Made by a program: the position numbers and the translations under genes. Below, one piece after another: positions 37,768 to 52,324 of a stretch of DNA of 64,000 nucleotides. A model generated the notes under the pieces. That model did no database searches. It had not been told where the DNA came from and saw nothing but the letters and a program-made list of their open reading frames with translations. The stretch is from Octopus sinensis. Taxonomy: Eukaryota. The DNA lies in assembly GCF_006345805.1 (NCBI RefSeq), contig NC_043004.1, positions 76,694,001 through 76,758,000 on the forward strand, read 5' to 3'. The number at the start of each line of letters is the position of its first letter. The first letter of the stretch is position 1.

Positions 37768-40009
37768 TAAAAACACCCAGTATATTCTATAAAATGGTTG
37801 ATGTTAGGAAGAGCTGCAAAATCATACCAAAGCAGATATTGGAGCACAATGCATTTGTTGGACAAATCAGATCCTGTCAAACTACTCAACCCATGCTAAC
37901 ATGGAACATGACGATAAATGATGATGAGATTAAGAGATAGGCTTCTAGTTAGCTGATGACACCTTGATTTCATTTCACTTCACTTCTTCAGCAAATTCCT
38001 TCAGAAAAACTATGACCATCACACTTACCCATCTTTAAAAATTTACGATCTTGTTCTCAGTTATAAAAATAAAACAATATCAAGTACAATAAGCTGTGTG
38101 CCATTGTGGATTTCAAAAATTCCTTCCTGATGGCATGCTCAGATTGGTAAGTGCAGCTGGAGTTAAGTAATCATAAAATCAGCCATCAACATACACAGAC
38201 TTAACAAATATTTCTGAATTAGATACCTCATTACAAAGAATGCTTCCAATATTGCACTGCAGACAAGCAATATGAAAGTTTTTCCAAGAGCCTTACTACA
38301 TCGACTGTAGGTAGTCTGGATTTCAAAATAATACACACATGCCCCTTTATTACTATTATCATCACCATTACAATAATCAAGTTGACTCATTTGTACATGA
38401 TAGCATGAATTACAATGACTTGTATAACAGCTTTATGCTGTTATTTTGGTTACTGTAATAAAAATGCATTTTGTTAACATAACAATACCAGTTAATTGTT
38501 CTGATGTCTATTGTTTTAAGTTATTCGGTGTATTTTTGCTAAGATATCACACTTCTATTGAATATCAGGAAACGATATCTATCTTTTCTTCACAGTACAA
38601 ACTAAAACTATTACTTCACAACATTGAAACTATACATAAAGTGTTTTTAGAAAGTCATGATTAGAATTATGAAAAAGTGGTCAGGAAAACAAACACTAGC
38701 TATTCAGGAGCAAATGTAGGGAATTATTTCAGACATTGTTAAACTAGTAAGATTTGAGTTGTTAAGAAAAGTACTTTTATATGATTATGCTTATAAAGGT
38801 TACTAAATTTTTAGTAAAAATTTTGATATAATTTCAGTTTTATTTATTTGTCTATATTACTAGTATGCATTTCCATTCAGATTTAATCTCTTGAATGTAA
38901 CAGAAAAATAATTCTGTAAAATTTAAATAATAAATTTCTTATACACAGCTACAGGTTTTAGGGAAGGGTGTAGCTGATTGAATCATCCTCAGTATATCAC
39001 CAGAATCTGTTTTATCAATTGCTGAAGAAATAAAAGTGGGAGTCAAACTCTGGCAAGATTTGAACACACCTAAAGGAATATAATAAAATGACACAAACAC
39101 TGGAATATTTTAAAATTTGTGCATAAAGAAGATATTAAGTTTGCCTTAGCACTTTCATCATTCAAAATTGAATCTGGATTCCTTGTAGCCTGTTAATGTA
39201 AATATATCAATTCATTCTCTCCAAGCATCCTTAATTGCAGTTAAGATTTATGGGGCGTAAAGAGCTGGGCTTTTTTCTTTTTGAGATGATTTCATTAAAT
39301 TATTTACATGTAATTTTATTTTCCTTGCATATGATTACAATCTCAGAAACCAAGGTGCTCCTATTGAAAATTAAACAAACAGAAATTTACACCATTCAAT
39401 ATTAGTGGTATAGAAATAGCATTCATAAATTAACCAAATTTCTAGTTCAGGATGTTGATCTTAATGTCTCAGAAATCGCAATTCTCTAGCACTTAGTAAC
39501 TTGACTACATATTCAAATATATAAATTAAGTAATACTCTTCAAATGAGATTATATCATAGACAGGAAGGTGAACTCTCTCTCCTCGTGTACTCATATACA
39601 TACATTCACATCAGTTAGTTCTAATTCTATGAGATTCATAAATATGTCTAATTATGTTTTGCATCACAGATTACTACGTGTGTGAGTAGAAAACATAAAA
39701 GAAGCAAGTAATAAAATCACTTAAAATTCACAATGTACAATGAAAATTCCATCTGAGGAGAAAATGGAGAAGGAAATTTGTTCTTTAATTATTAACTGCT
39801 TTTTTAATTTTTTTATTTTTAAATAATTTTCTTTTCTTTTTTTAATTAGCAGATGAAAGTAGAAAGCATGTAATGTATAGTAGAAAGCTACAGTGAGTAT
39901 GTCCTTATGCTTCATTTTTGAAATCATGGTGATGAATAGAGTTTGTAATACTGTCTATCAACAAATTCACTTTTTTAAAATCCAATAATAAAACGACATA
40001 CTTGTTTCA

Positions 40010-40612
40010 TCGCCATCATCATTTAACATCCATTGTCCATGCTGGTATGGGTTGAATGGTTTGACTAGGGCTGGCAAGCTGGAAAGCTACACCCGACTCC
40101 AGTCAGTTTTAGCACGGTTTCTACGCCCTTCCTAACACCAACCACTCTGAGTGTGTAATGGGTGTTTTTATGTGCCACCAGCATGGGTGCCATTTGCATG
40201 ACACCAGTATCTGCCATAACTGCAGTTTTGCTCAGCTTGAAGGATATTTTTTTCAAGCACAATATAATGCTAAAGGTCTTGGTCATTGCCTCTGTGAGGC
40301 CCAACATTCAAAAGGAGCTCAACCACTTTGCCTCCATGAGGCTTAATGCTTGAAAGGTGCTTTTCATGTGTCACCTACATGGGTGCTGGTTACATGATAC
40401 CACTATTAGCCATGACTGCAATTTCACTTGGCTTGATGGGTCTTCCCAAGTACAGATTATCGCTAAAGGCCTCAGTCACTAGTCATTGCCTTTATGAGGC
40501 CCAAAATTCAGAGATCATGCTTCACCACCTCATCTTATGTCTTCCTGGGTCTACCTCTACCACAGGTTCCCTCCACAGTTAGGGATCAGCACTTCTTTAT
40601 ACAACTATCTTC
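40010..40612 (-). mobile_element. RTE-clade LINE 3' end with 3'UTR and (GAT)n tail
   Basis: EDSCIKKC*SLTVEGTCGRGRPRKT*DEVVKHDL*ILGL...KTHQAK*; ends gcatggacaatggatgttaaatgatgatg. Confidence 0.82.
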
Positions 40613-42379
40613 AAATGCATAAATCTCATTGGTCAAGCTTAAATGTGAGATAAGTCATTAAATTAAGTAAGTTAATTTAATAAAGATTTAAATTTCATCT
40701 TCTCCTCATATAATCAGAATCTCAGAAATGAAGTTATTTCCATTGAAGAACAAACAAAAGATGAAAAATTCAACAAAACTAACAATAAAAATCAAATGAC
40801 TAAGGAAGTATTTATCTTCATTTAGCTGTATTGACTTTTTCCTGATACAGATACTTGTTTAATTTTCCTTTGTTGAATTAATATAGCATACTTGAATTCT
40901 GTGCACAAAAATCAATCTTGCCAAGCAAGTAGCTAAGATAACGATAGCATATTTATTTCTATATCATAACATTTTGCAAACACAAGGGGACAGCTGAGGT
41001 GAAACTCTTGGGAAATGATAGAGAATCTAAAGTGTTTGCTTAAGATTACAAAAGTAAAAATTGAATGAATACTTGCAGAAAATTGAAGGTTCTGTTAATT
41101 AATATCTCTAGTACAAATAGGAGTTCAGTGGTTCAAGTGATGAAAGTAACCATCCTATACATTTAATTGGTTGAGTATCAAGAGAAAATCAGCTATACTT
41201 TTTCTTTCTCTGGTTACATTAAATTTGAAGGGAGTTTGCTTTAACACAGGAAAAAAATCAACAACAACAATGTTTATGAGGATTTCACTGTTTTAATAGA
41301 ATTATCTTAATTTTTGAAGTTGATTGATTTTATATGAAATCTTTGAAGAACATCCTCCTAGCCTGAAACATCAGAACTTCACCTCTCTTTACAGTACACT
41401 CACTTGTTTTATAGTTACTTTTTCTCAATGAAATCTATTATTTTTCTTTTTTTCATTGTCTATTTTATTATTGTTTTATTTTAGTTTTAAATTCAGTTTA
41501 GCATTTTGAAACCATTTATCATCTGCAGGCTTTTTTTTTTGGCTCTATCATATGTATATGCACATGTAACATGTAAGGCATAAAAGAAAACAAATGAAAA
41601 AAAGCCAAATTTTTTGCCTTTCAAGTTTATATAAAATAATCATTTACTCATAGTGGAGTTTCATTGAAGCAGTGAAGATAAAACAGTTCTCCACATTAAG
41701 TGATAACCTGATTAGAAAAGTAAAGCTGAGGGAAGTTGTATTTAGCCATACATTATATTGATATAACAACGTTACTACAAAAACTCATGCAACATAAGAG
41801 GCAAATCATGCAATCATATTTGAATGTCAATATTTTTGGAAGTTTTGTAGATAAAACATAATCATTCCTCTCTCTTTACAATTTGAATATTTCAATGCCT
41901 ACTTGATAAAAAAAACACATTATTTTTTGACTTCCTGTACATCTTTTGATAATGCCTTACCCACCATTACAATTTTGTAACAATGGCATTATTTTCTGCA
42001 TTTGTGCATACACACACACACACATACCCTACAACCAAACACCATTAAACCTATATAAATCTGCTCACTTGGTAAAGTCCAATATTTCAAGGAACACTAA
42101 TATCAGGACATCAATAACACATTTACACATGAATGGTGAAGTATGACGTCAAAGCTGACATGAAACAAAGATGGAGTGTTTATATGACTTGCTGTAAATT
42201 GTGTATTAGTTGCACTACTCAACTCATACAATTATAACAGACAGGAGATGGTTTATTTGAAGGAAACAGCTGAGATTGATGATGTTCACAACACTTTTAC
42301 TTTTGCTGACAGTAAAAGGTTATTCAAGACAACGATGGGGAGCTTCTACCTGTCAGAAATAACTCTTTCAAACCTTGAC

Positions 42380-42580
42380 ACATGACTAACAATTTTAACG
42401 GGAGGGGAAAAGTCAAGTGCATTGAGCCGAATGCTTGATTGGTACTTATTTTATCGATCTCCAAATTGATGAAAGGCTAAGTCGAACTTGGTGGTGTTTG
42501 AACTCAGAATATAAAGCCAGAAGAAATATTGCCAAGCATTTTGCCAGTCTGCTAACAATTTTGCTATTTCACCACCCCTG
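42380..42580 (-). mobile_element. Degenerate SINE A
   Basis: ggtacttattttatcgat...gaactcagaatataaagccagaag. Confidence 0.65.
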
Positions 42581-45156
42581 ACCTGTTAGAAATAATAGCC
42601 AAATATTGTATACACATCACTATTATAAAAAAAAAAGGAGAAGGACATTTTTGATAACATAGTTATAGATATAATGTGTTGGAAAGAAAGACAGGCTGGT
42701 CAGGGCTATAGATCAACTGAGTTAAAGTTTATCTGGGACTGAAGGACAATGCCAACAAAGAAAAAGAAAGGTTCTTTTCTCTGTGTAAAGTAATGAGGTA
42801 TGAAACATAAATAAAAAGAATGATGCATGGTAGTAGAACATAAGCAATGAACACCAAAGACCTGGCTTAGCTACAAAGAAATGAGCCACTATGTGTGATC
42901 TTTTGGATATGGAAAGATGATTTGTGTAAAAGACTGTGAAGGCTGATAAAAATCAAAGGTATTGGACAATGTATCTAAGAGTAGTTATAAAACAAGATGA
43001 ATGTGAAATGGTGATACACAAAAGGTAAAAAATGTGCATTCTCAGTGGATGATATGCAAGTTAAAATTAGATATAGGAAGATATGAGAATAGATAGTGAT
43101 CAGATCTGAGAATGTTGGGTCTCACAGATATTTGATCAAGATTGACTTGAGGGTTGTTAGATTGCAAAAGACCTAAAACACATGAAAATTAGTAATACAA
43201 CAATAATGATGAAAACAATATAGCTTAAATATACTTGATACTCTAATGTAACAAAACAGCTGACGATGACAATGATGATTATGATGATGATGACGATGAT
43301 GACGACATGATGGTGATGGTGGTAGTGGTGGTGGCAGTGATGATAATGATGATGGATTTTGAAAAATTGAATGTTCAATCAATGAGCTGACTGCAATTAG
43401 CTTTGGAAAACCAGTGCATCCTCTCTCCACCCTAAATGTTACAAAAATTAACAGGCTCCAGTTTCTTTTAATCCAAATATATATAAACATATATGCATGT
43501 ATGAATATGCATGCAGATTCCTTGTTAATCTTTATTAGATAGAAAGATGTTTAAACTGTGAATAATCGCCCAGCATTTTGCAATAGTGAAAAGGAAGATG
43601 TTAAAATTACTCATTTTTCATTTTTGCAATTACTTTATCATGCACTATTGCAACAAAAGAGGTTATCATTTCTAACAAACAATGATGCATGATCTAGTTC
43701 AAGTCTTGTGAAATATAATTTCATTCAAACACACAAAACAATAATCATCTTATTCATTTTTTTTCTTTTCATTTTTTTTTTCTTACCCTGAATAGTGAGA
43801 ATGCAAAAAATGAACAAATAATAACAATTGGTGTTTTTCAGACTAGAAAGAGGGAATAAAAAAAAAACCATCACTGATTTAATTAATTTCCAGCAATGAT
43901 GGTAACATGAAATAACCTTTTTGTGACTATTGTTGCTTGTGATTTTTGTAATTCAACATAGAGAAATCATTCTCCCAAAATAAATAATTGTGTCTCTATT
44001 TTGTTTGAAACTGACTTTGACATGTATTGTTCAGTGTGCGATAAAGGATATGATTAGAAATTAAATTCCTAAATTAGTAGCGAATTTACTATTTGTAGTA
44101 GTTTTTATGCAGCTTAAAGTAATGTCCCATAACACATTAGGTTGTTGGGTTATCACTGAAGACTCTCGTTCTTTTGTAGTCATTCAAAGCTGTTATGTTT
44201 TCTAGAGCCATGAAAATGATTTGGGTGAAGTATTGTAAAGGAACAAAATGTTTGTCAATTATACAGTACCTTCACAGAAGTAAATGTGTCTCCCAATACC
44301 TATTAACAGCTAAGAGGCCTGTGACATTCAGAGTTAAATACTTTGATATGGAAACAAAACAATGATGGATAGGAACTGTCAAACCTTCCTTTGTTAGCCT
44401 GGCAGCCTATTCATTCAGCCAGGTTTAGCACCTTCCATGTACTATATTCCTAAAACCAATTACTTTGAAATATTGTAAATTATTTATCTTTCTTAAATAT
44501 AAATTGAAATTTGGGACAATTTATCTTCTTTAAGCTATTTCAAAATAATAGCTATTCACTGAAAATGCAAGAATTTTTTTTTATTTTACAAAGCAATATT
44601 CTCTCGGTTTTTATCAGCATGTTAACTTTAAGCTACAGAAAAGTTATCCATAACTCTCAACCAATACCAAACTTGTTAGTGAACTTTTTTTCCAAAAATA
44701 TTTTACCGAAAGCAAGATGTTCAAATGTATAAGGAAAAAAATTTTTTTTAAATTTGATCTTTGTTAATTATAACATTGATTATCTAAATAAAAATAAAAT
44801 GAATTTAATGCAAAGAGATTGTTAGTAATTCCATATATAAAATAATTAACATTAAAAAATAGTTAAGAATTAAATGGTATTCTAACAAATGGTATATATA
44901 AAATAGAAAATATTTAACTTATACATCTTTGTTTGATTGTTATTGTAATAACGACAAGGAAAGATATAATAATTCTAATTGTAATTATATTATTTAAATG
45001 GTAATTTTAAATACATTTTAATTTGGTGCTGGCTTACTAACATGATTAGAATAGGTTTTGAAGATTTGCACCCTTTTTACCAGTGAACCAGGCAGAAAGC
45101 AGCAATTCTCAAACATATGCCTACCATCTAGAAAAAGGAGAATCACATTGGATAAT

Positions 45157-45545
45157 CTTTTCTGCTCTGGGCACAAGGCCTGGAATTTTGGGGGAAGGGG
45201 CAAGTCGATGACATCAACCCCATTACTTAACTGGTACTTGATTTATCGACCCCAAAAGGATGAAAGGCAAATTCAACCTCAGCAGAATTTGAACTCAGAA
45301 CGTAGTGACAGATGAAATACCTATTTCTTTACTACCCACAAGGGGCTAAACACAGAGGAGACAAACAAGGACAGACAGATGGATTATATCGACCCCAGTG
45401 TGTAACTGGTACTTAATTGATCAACCCCGAAAGGATGAAAGGCAAAGTCGACCTCGGTGGAATTTGAACTCAGAATGTAACGGCAGACAAAATACTGTTA
45501 GGCATTTCGCCCGGCATGCTAACAGTTCTGCCAGCTCACCACCTT
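45157..45545 (-). mobile_element. Second copy of the composite SINE A
   Basis: Same internal junction as 28218-28613. TSD agaatca(c/t)attggataat at 45139-45156 and 45546-45563 (17/18). Confidence 0.88.
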
Positions 45546-46779
45546 AGAATCATATTGGATAATGATGAACTTCTTGATATATTAGCCTGATAAAAAAAAA
45601 AAGAAAAAGACAGGAGGGTCATAGGTGGAAAGCTTTACATCTTAGATTTACATGATCAGGAATAACCAGGGGCTAAACAAAATAACAACAATCACTGATT
45701 GCGAAACGATTAAGTAAAACTAGTATTGCTGTCAGTCAGTCATACTGAAAGAAACAGAATAATGTCCTGGCTTTGTAGGTAGCAGATAGCATTAACCTCT
45801 TAATTACTATATGAACTGTGCTGTCAATTAAATAAGAGGAAGTCAAAAGTATACAAAAGAAATGAGTTTTAGATGAAGCTAATTATTGTACATGAATATT
45901 TCAAAATTCACATTCAAACACATATAGGCTGCATGAAAAAATTATTCTCTGACTGTTCAAGAATTCATTACTCACCAACACTTAGCTTTCTATTGATGTT
46001 CAAGCTGTGTCCCCACTTCTGTTTTGTACAACTGTTACTTTTACCTACACCTATTTTGTGCAACAATTACACTGGAAGCTGTAAAGATATTTCAGCTTTT
46101 TTGTGAAATTCCCTACATGTCTACATCAGGAAGTAGCTTGGTGGAACACATGATACCATGTGTCACAATTAACAGCTAATATTCGCCATTTATACAAATC
46201 AATGTTAGACAACTTGAAGGATCTTCCTACAGTGAATCTCTATCGAGGTTCTCATTTTCACAATGACCAAAATAGATGATTAACTATTGGGTTTAATAAG
46301 TGTTAATGTTGCAAGTCTATCATGGCTTTAGCATTTTTGTTCTTTAGTTTTGCTTAAACAAAAGTGCAAGTGATAAAGACTTGCTCAAGTCAATGATGGC
46401 AAACTCAGACATACCGAGAATAGTTCGGAGTCAGTACTGATGGAAATATTGGAGAATATTAAAGTGAGGTAAAAGATGAGACAAAACTCAGCAATAAAAA
46501 TGATGGGTGTTGGCATTATACTGCAATAGATGTTATCCTACATGCTTCTGCATAAAGGATAAACTATTCACCATATTTCTCAGTATGAAACCATGTTGAC
46601 TCTGATGATGGCATTAATAGTTGCTTTTGTATTAATAGTTCATCTTGGCGTAATTATAGAAACATACATAATGTAAGGGGGCTCTGAAAGGGGTCTCAGG
46701 AAGTAGCATACCTACCTTCCTGAGCTAGTTTTCCACCACAAGTCTTAAAAATCATGGTAGAGGCCTTGGTCTCAGGACC

Positions 46780-46988
46780 ACTCATGTCTACAAACTGAGG
46801 TTGGGGGTAAGCAAGGGCATGGTCCCTGTAGAAAATCCAGCTCCAAAAAAGCCTCATGATAGCAAAGAAGAATGGGTACCAGCCAGCCCAAAGGTTGGGG
46901 TGGGCTGCACCTACCTATCTCGGTTGCTATGGCATTGAGATAGATCCAGCCACACCCATTAATGGGGACAAAACTTAGATTTAAAACA

Positions 46989-47042
<54 letters not shown>
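46780..47042 (+). mobile_element. (GAT)n-tailed RTE-related element
   Basis: gggtaagcaagggcatggtccctgtagaaaatcc resembles the family D motif; long (GAT)n tail. Confidence 0.45.
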
Positions 47043-47044
<2 letters not shown>

Positions 47045-47049
47045 ATACA

Positions 47050-47212
47050 TTATCTCACTGTTTATTTTCTTGTGATCCTTTCTGTTGAAGAGGGTAGGCT
47101 CAAAATGTAAAAGAGTTTCTCACCTTCCCGAGTGTCAAACTGATACACTTGTTTGTTGTTTATACACTTGTCTACTTCTTTTGTTTTTCTATAAATAAAT
47201 TCCAACTATATA
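47050..47212 (+). mobile_element. Penelope-like terminal fragment ending in (TA)n, with a CpG-decayed hammerhead-like motif at 47079-47114
   Basis: CTTT-CTGTTGA-A-GAG-GGTAGG-CTC-AAAAT-GT-A-AAAG; downstream sequence similar to 16007-16100. Confidence 0.5.
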
Positions 47213-48334
47213 TATATGTGTATGTATATATATATATATTATCATCATCATCATATTAATATATATATGTATATATATATGTGTGTGTGTGTGTATGTAT
47301 ATGTGTGTGTATACATCCATACATGTATATATCTATATACATATACACATACATACACACACATAAAATTGGTAAGAATATTAATAAAAGAAAGGAAGAG
47401 TGAAGAGTGAGATTGAAACCCAGTCCATCGCAAGGTTACTCAGCTGAGGGGATTGAAGCAATGTGAAATGAAGTAGTTTGCTCAAGAATACAATGCACAA
47501 CTCAGCCTGGGAATTGAAATCATGATCTTACAATCACGAGTGCAACACTCTAATCACTAGCCCATGCCCCTAGTAGTTAGGGCAGTTCCTGTTTCAGATT
47601 GATGCTTAAAGTACCTTAGAAATACTGCAATCAGGACAGCATGGTCAGTGACTGAAATATATTTGATCATCAATCCACTTGATCAGAGCTGATCCATGAC
47701 TTAACATCAATAACACATTTATTGATGTTTGAATGTATAGCTGTCATCATCATTGTCATTATTATTTAATGTCCATTTTCCATGCAGGTATGGGTTGGAC
47801 AGTTTGGCTTGAGCTGGGCCACACCAGACTTCATTGTGTGTCCTGACATGTTTTCTACGACTGAATGCCCTTCCTAATGCCAACCACTTTACTGTGTGTA
47901 CTGAGTGCTTTTCATGTGGCACCAGCACCAGTGCCTTTTATGCGGAAATGACACCTGTATCAATTCTGCTGTGGTGAATGGGTCTTCTTGATTTCAACAA
48001 CAGTGTGATATGAATAATTAAATAATTATGTCTTTCCTAGTTAGAATGTAACACAAATGTTTGGAAGAAAATTACACAATTACATCAATTTTCATACATT
48101 ACTGGTACATATTCTTTCAATCTGAGGATGATGAAAGTGAAAGTCAGATCTGTTTGAGTTTTATAGAGACCATACATTGACAAAACAAGGCATTCTGTGT
48201 AGCACACTCCTATTTTGTTATAGCCACGACACCCAAAAAATTATATGGTGCAAAGATGATCAATGCAATGCACTAAAAAACTTCACAAATTATATATTTT
48301 ACCTAATCTTAAGGAATTGTGTTCTTCCTCCCTA

Positions 48335-48560
48335 CACACGCATCATCATCATCATTACAATATCCACTCTTCCATGCTTGCCTGTATCAGAGAGAGTTTA
48401 TTGAGTCAGATTTTCTATGGCTAGATGCCTTTTCACATCTTTCCATGCAAGCTAATAATTCCCCCATGGCTGGACATGTTTTCATGGAAGACTGGAAATG
48501 AATACCACTTGTATGATGGTGACACTCACAAATATTATGTGATGTCAAGAAAAAATACAT
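48335..48560 (-). mobile_element. (CAT)n-tailed element family E; relatives at 20300-20510, 22490-22680 and 29090-29330
   Basis: Shared ttccatgcttg...gcagattttctatggctagatgcc core. Confidence 0.55.
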
Positions 48561-48619
48561 GAACACACACACACACACACACATGCATGCATGCATACAA
48601 GACACACAAACCACACACA

Positions 48620-48770
48620 TAAATATACAAAGGTTTTCTTTCAGTTTCTATCTCCAAAATCCACTCACAACTACAGTAAAAGACATTTGCCCAAGGTGCT
48701 ATGCAGTGAGACTGAACCTGGCATTATGTGGTCATGAAATGAACTTCTTAACCAGATAACCATGCCTATA
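48620..48770 (-). mobile_element. SINE B head followed by (TACA)n
   Basis: ttctttcagtttctatctccaaaatccactcaca...gcccaaggtgctatgcagtgagactgaacc. Confidence 0.7.
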
Positions 48771-51700
48771 CATACATACATACATACATAAATACATACA
48801 TACATACATACATACATACATACATACATAAAACACACACATATTAGATAACAATAGCGCAATAGCATGGATTGAATAGGCCAACATGACCACATAACAT
48901 ATATGTGTGTGTGTATGTGTGTGTGTGTATTCACACATTCAGTATGTTTGCCTCTGAGATATAATTTTATATCCCGGCATGTAGGATACAAAATCTAACC
49001 TTAAAGCCATTTTCCCTGTACTTGCAGCCAGATTGGTTCCATATATATTGCTAATAAATTAAATTAATAATTCTATACACAAAATCTACTTTAAGGTGCA
49101 TACCATACGGTTATGCCTAAATGTATATGTCTGTGCACATACAGATTTAATATTTAACTATGGCAAAACTCTAATCTATATCACATGAACAATGTCAGGT
49201 ATTATAATAGACCGACAAAATCTCTTTGGAGGATTTATCAAATATTTAGTACGAGAATAGCAGATTATCAAAGGTGATGCAGGACAATGTATGTTTGAAT
49301 CTCAGTAATGACACTTAGGTAAAGCATTTTGCTATGAAATCATGTGATTAACACATCAAATACAAAACACAATGTAATTTGAGAGGTGAATGATATTGCA
49401 TTGCAAAGAATCTGTTCAGATATTGTTAGAAAAAGATGCACAAATAGTAAGTGGGGAGAAAAACTAATATTTTCTTTTAGGATGATAAAAATTATAAAAA
49501 AGTTGTATGTAAAATATTTTATTTAATAAAAATGTGTGAATTTTATATTGATGATATCACTTTTACTCAATATAAAATAGAAAATGTCTTGAAATTTATG
49601 AGAAGTTAAAAAAATACTTTACACCTAAGTAGATAATTATTCTTATATATTAAAGGACTAATTATTGAAACATAAATATATTTTTAAAAATACAGAAATT
49701 ACTGAATATTGTATGTAGCAGGTGAAGTATATTTATAAATACACCTTGGAAATATTCAAAGTTTATATATAAATTCAAGATATAAATACAGAAAGAAAAA
49801 TGTGAGAAGGAAATAGTTGTTACAGACAGATAAATTTTTCATGTGTGTGTAGGGAATAAACCCAAAAGTAGAAAGGGAAAATCAATTTAACTGTATCAAA
49901 AAGAATAAAGTAACAATGATATACCTCTCTTTATTTAATTATCAAACATGTAAAATAAAATGTTGATTCTATATCACTAAAACACGACAAAATGTTTAAA
50001 ACATTTCTGATAAAAAAAAAAATCTAAAATAAAACTAGTTACTTTACGTAAATATTCATTTAAAGAAATGTTGAGAATTATCTAAATCTTTGCCTTAATT
50101 CCTGAATTGGTTTATCATTTGATTTATGTATAAGATGAAAAAAAAAATTATTTTTCAGAATAAATTAAGCTTATTATTAGAGTTACTTCATTACTAAGTG
50201 CATTAGGAAATTAAATTTTATTTTGAGAGCATGTCATGTAATACCTTATTACCAAGTGCATTAAAAAAAATTTACTATATATTCATAAAATATCTATTGA
50301 TAAAAAGAAAAATACCCAGTTTGTTAAAAATGAAATTCATTGAAATAGCAAGTGAAATTTTCACATAGCAATAAAAACCTGCTACTCTCTACGTCTGAAA
50401 TGGTATAACCCAACTCTTTTTAAGTTGGCTGGGAGAGACCGGATCAATAAACTATTCCCAGCAAACCAGTTCTTGTTAAAGTATACTGATTGGTTAGACT
50501 GAGTTCCATGTCATACATACAGCTAAATATCTTTTTCATGGTTAGTGTGACAGCTTGTATTCTGACGAATCTTTTTTTTTTAAGTCTCACAGATTAAGAT
50601 GTCTGTTTCTAGTGTAAATAAACTGGCTTGCAAGAGATTATAAAAATAAATGGTTTAAATATAACTACCATAACAATAATAATCAGTGAAATATTTATCC
50701 ATATTATTTTTAATATGTTTAAATAATGCCTGGATAAATTAAGAGAATGGACTTAATTAAGATAAATGTTACAATTATTCAGATAATTTCCTTGAAAATC
50801 TAGTTTATAAGCTAAATTATTAATATAATTTGTTCACAATATTTACACAAATAATTATTAATGGAAATTTTTCAGCCAGAAGATATTTTTAGATTAATGT
50901 AAAATGGTATTCAAATTAGTTTCTTTATAATTGTATATAATTCAAAATTTTAAATTCATAATATGATTTCTCATATTAAAAAAAAACACAATAAAATAGT
51001 TTTATTTCGATAAATTTATCAAAGACATAAACTGTTAGATCTGTCTTAATATATAATTATTTATATGAAACCATTTTCATCTTTCACATAATTTTATATA
51101 TATGCATGTGAGTGTGTTCTATAATAACACATAAATGTAGATATTTGATAATAATTCATTTCAATTTAAATGGTGACAGATAAATTGGGTTCAATTGCCA
51201 GAAGATCAATGTTAGAACTAAATGCTGTTATTAAAAAAAAATTAAAATTTAGTCATTGTTTATAGCTTTTCCATTTTGCTATTTGTTTATTTAAGAAGCC
51301 AAGTGGCATATTTTATACAGGTATTAAATGTTTTGTTGAGTTGTAAATTTCATTCTAATATTATTTATACTTAAAAGTTATTAAATGCATTGATAAATAA
51401 AAGACATACATAAGTACCCTACAAAACTTTTATCAGTATATATAGTTTTGTAAATCTTTGAAAATTCCTGATGAAGCCAGTGATTGGACTAGATCATGGT
51501 AGCCAGGATGCTGTTAGTCCACAGGGTGGTTTAGATTTTAGTCTCAAAGTGAGGGGGATTTCTAGAGCATGAAACCTGGCATATATTTACTGAATTTGCA
51601 ATCATGTTTCTGGAATAACATTCTTGGATGTGTGTGTGTGTGAGAGTATTTATATACCACACACAACTGAAACAGTTTAAATACAAATGGCATCAATATA

Positions 51701-52324
51701 TCATACTTAACATACATAAGTATACACACTTGAAAGGCAAGATACTGTGGTTTTCATCTGAAATAAAATCTCTTATAAATAAGTTGCAATAAAAACACAA
51801 TAAGTATCAGAGTGAAACAAGAAAGTCATCCTGGTACCAGCTAGAACACCAGATGCATTTCAGCCTTCTTGGGCATTGTCAATGATGTGTACCAGTAGCC
51901 ACATGCCTAGACAAAAATTGTTGCTTCTTATGTATAGGAAACAGCTAGCTGCTGCCAGGACAATTTGAACACAGCACATCTATAAGTGATTTTCATTTAA
52001 GTTATGTGCATCGGAGTTTTGTTCAGCCTGGCAGCTATTCACATATCAGCGAATGTACTATATCCTGTCTTCTATATACTGGAGGTGAAAAATTTTGTCC
52101 AGGTTTGCTAAAACATATCATTGACAAGGCCCAAGAAAGCTGGTATGCATGCGGTATTCTTGCCAGCTTCTGCCAGGACAGTTTTTCATCTCCTTCTAAT
52201 ATATGTTGTGTTTTTGAGATAGTACATCTATTAGAGATTTTATCTCAAATGAAAACTGCAGCCTCTTGCCAGTCATCGGTGAATATACGTTAAGTATGAT
52301 ACATAGATGGCTATATATATGTGT

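Noticed and set aside
50410-50462. Two small adjacent hairpins (6 and 7-8 bp)
   Set aside because: Within chance expectation.
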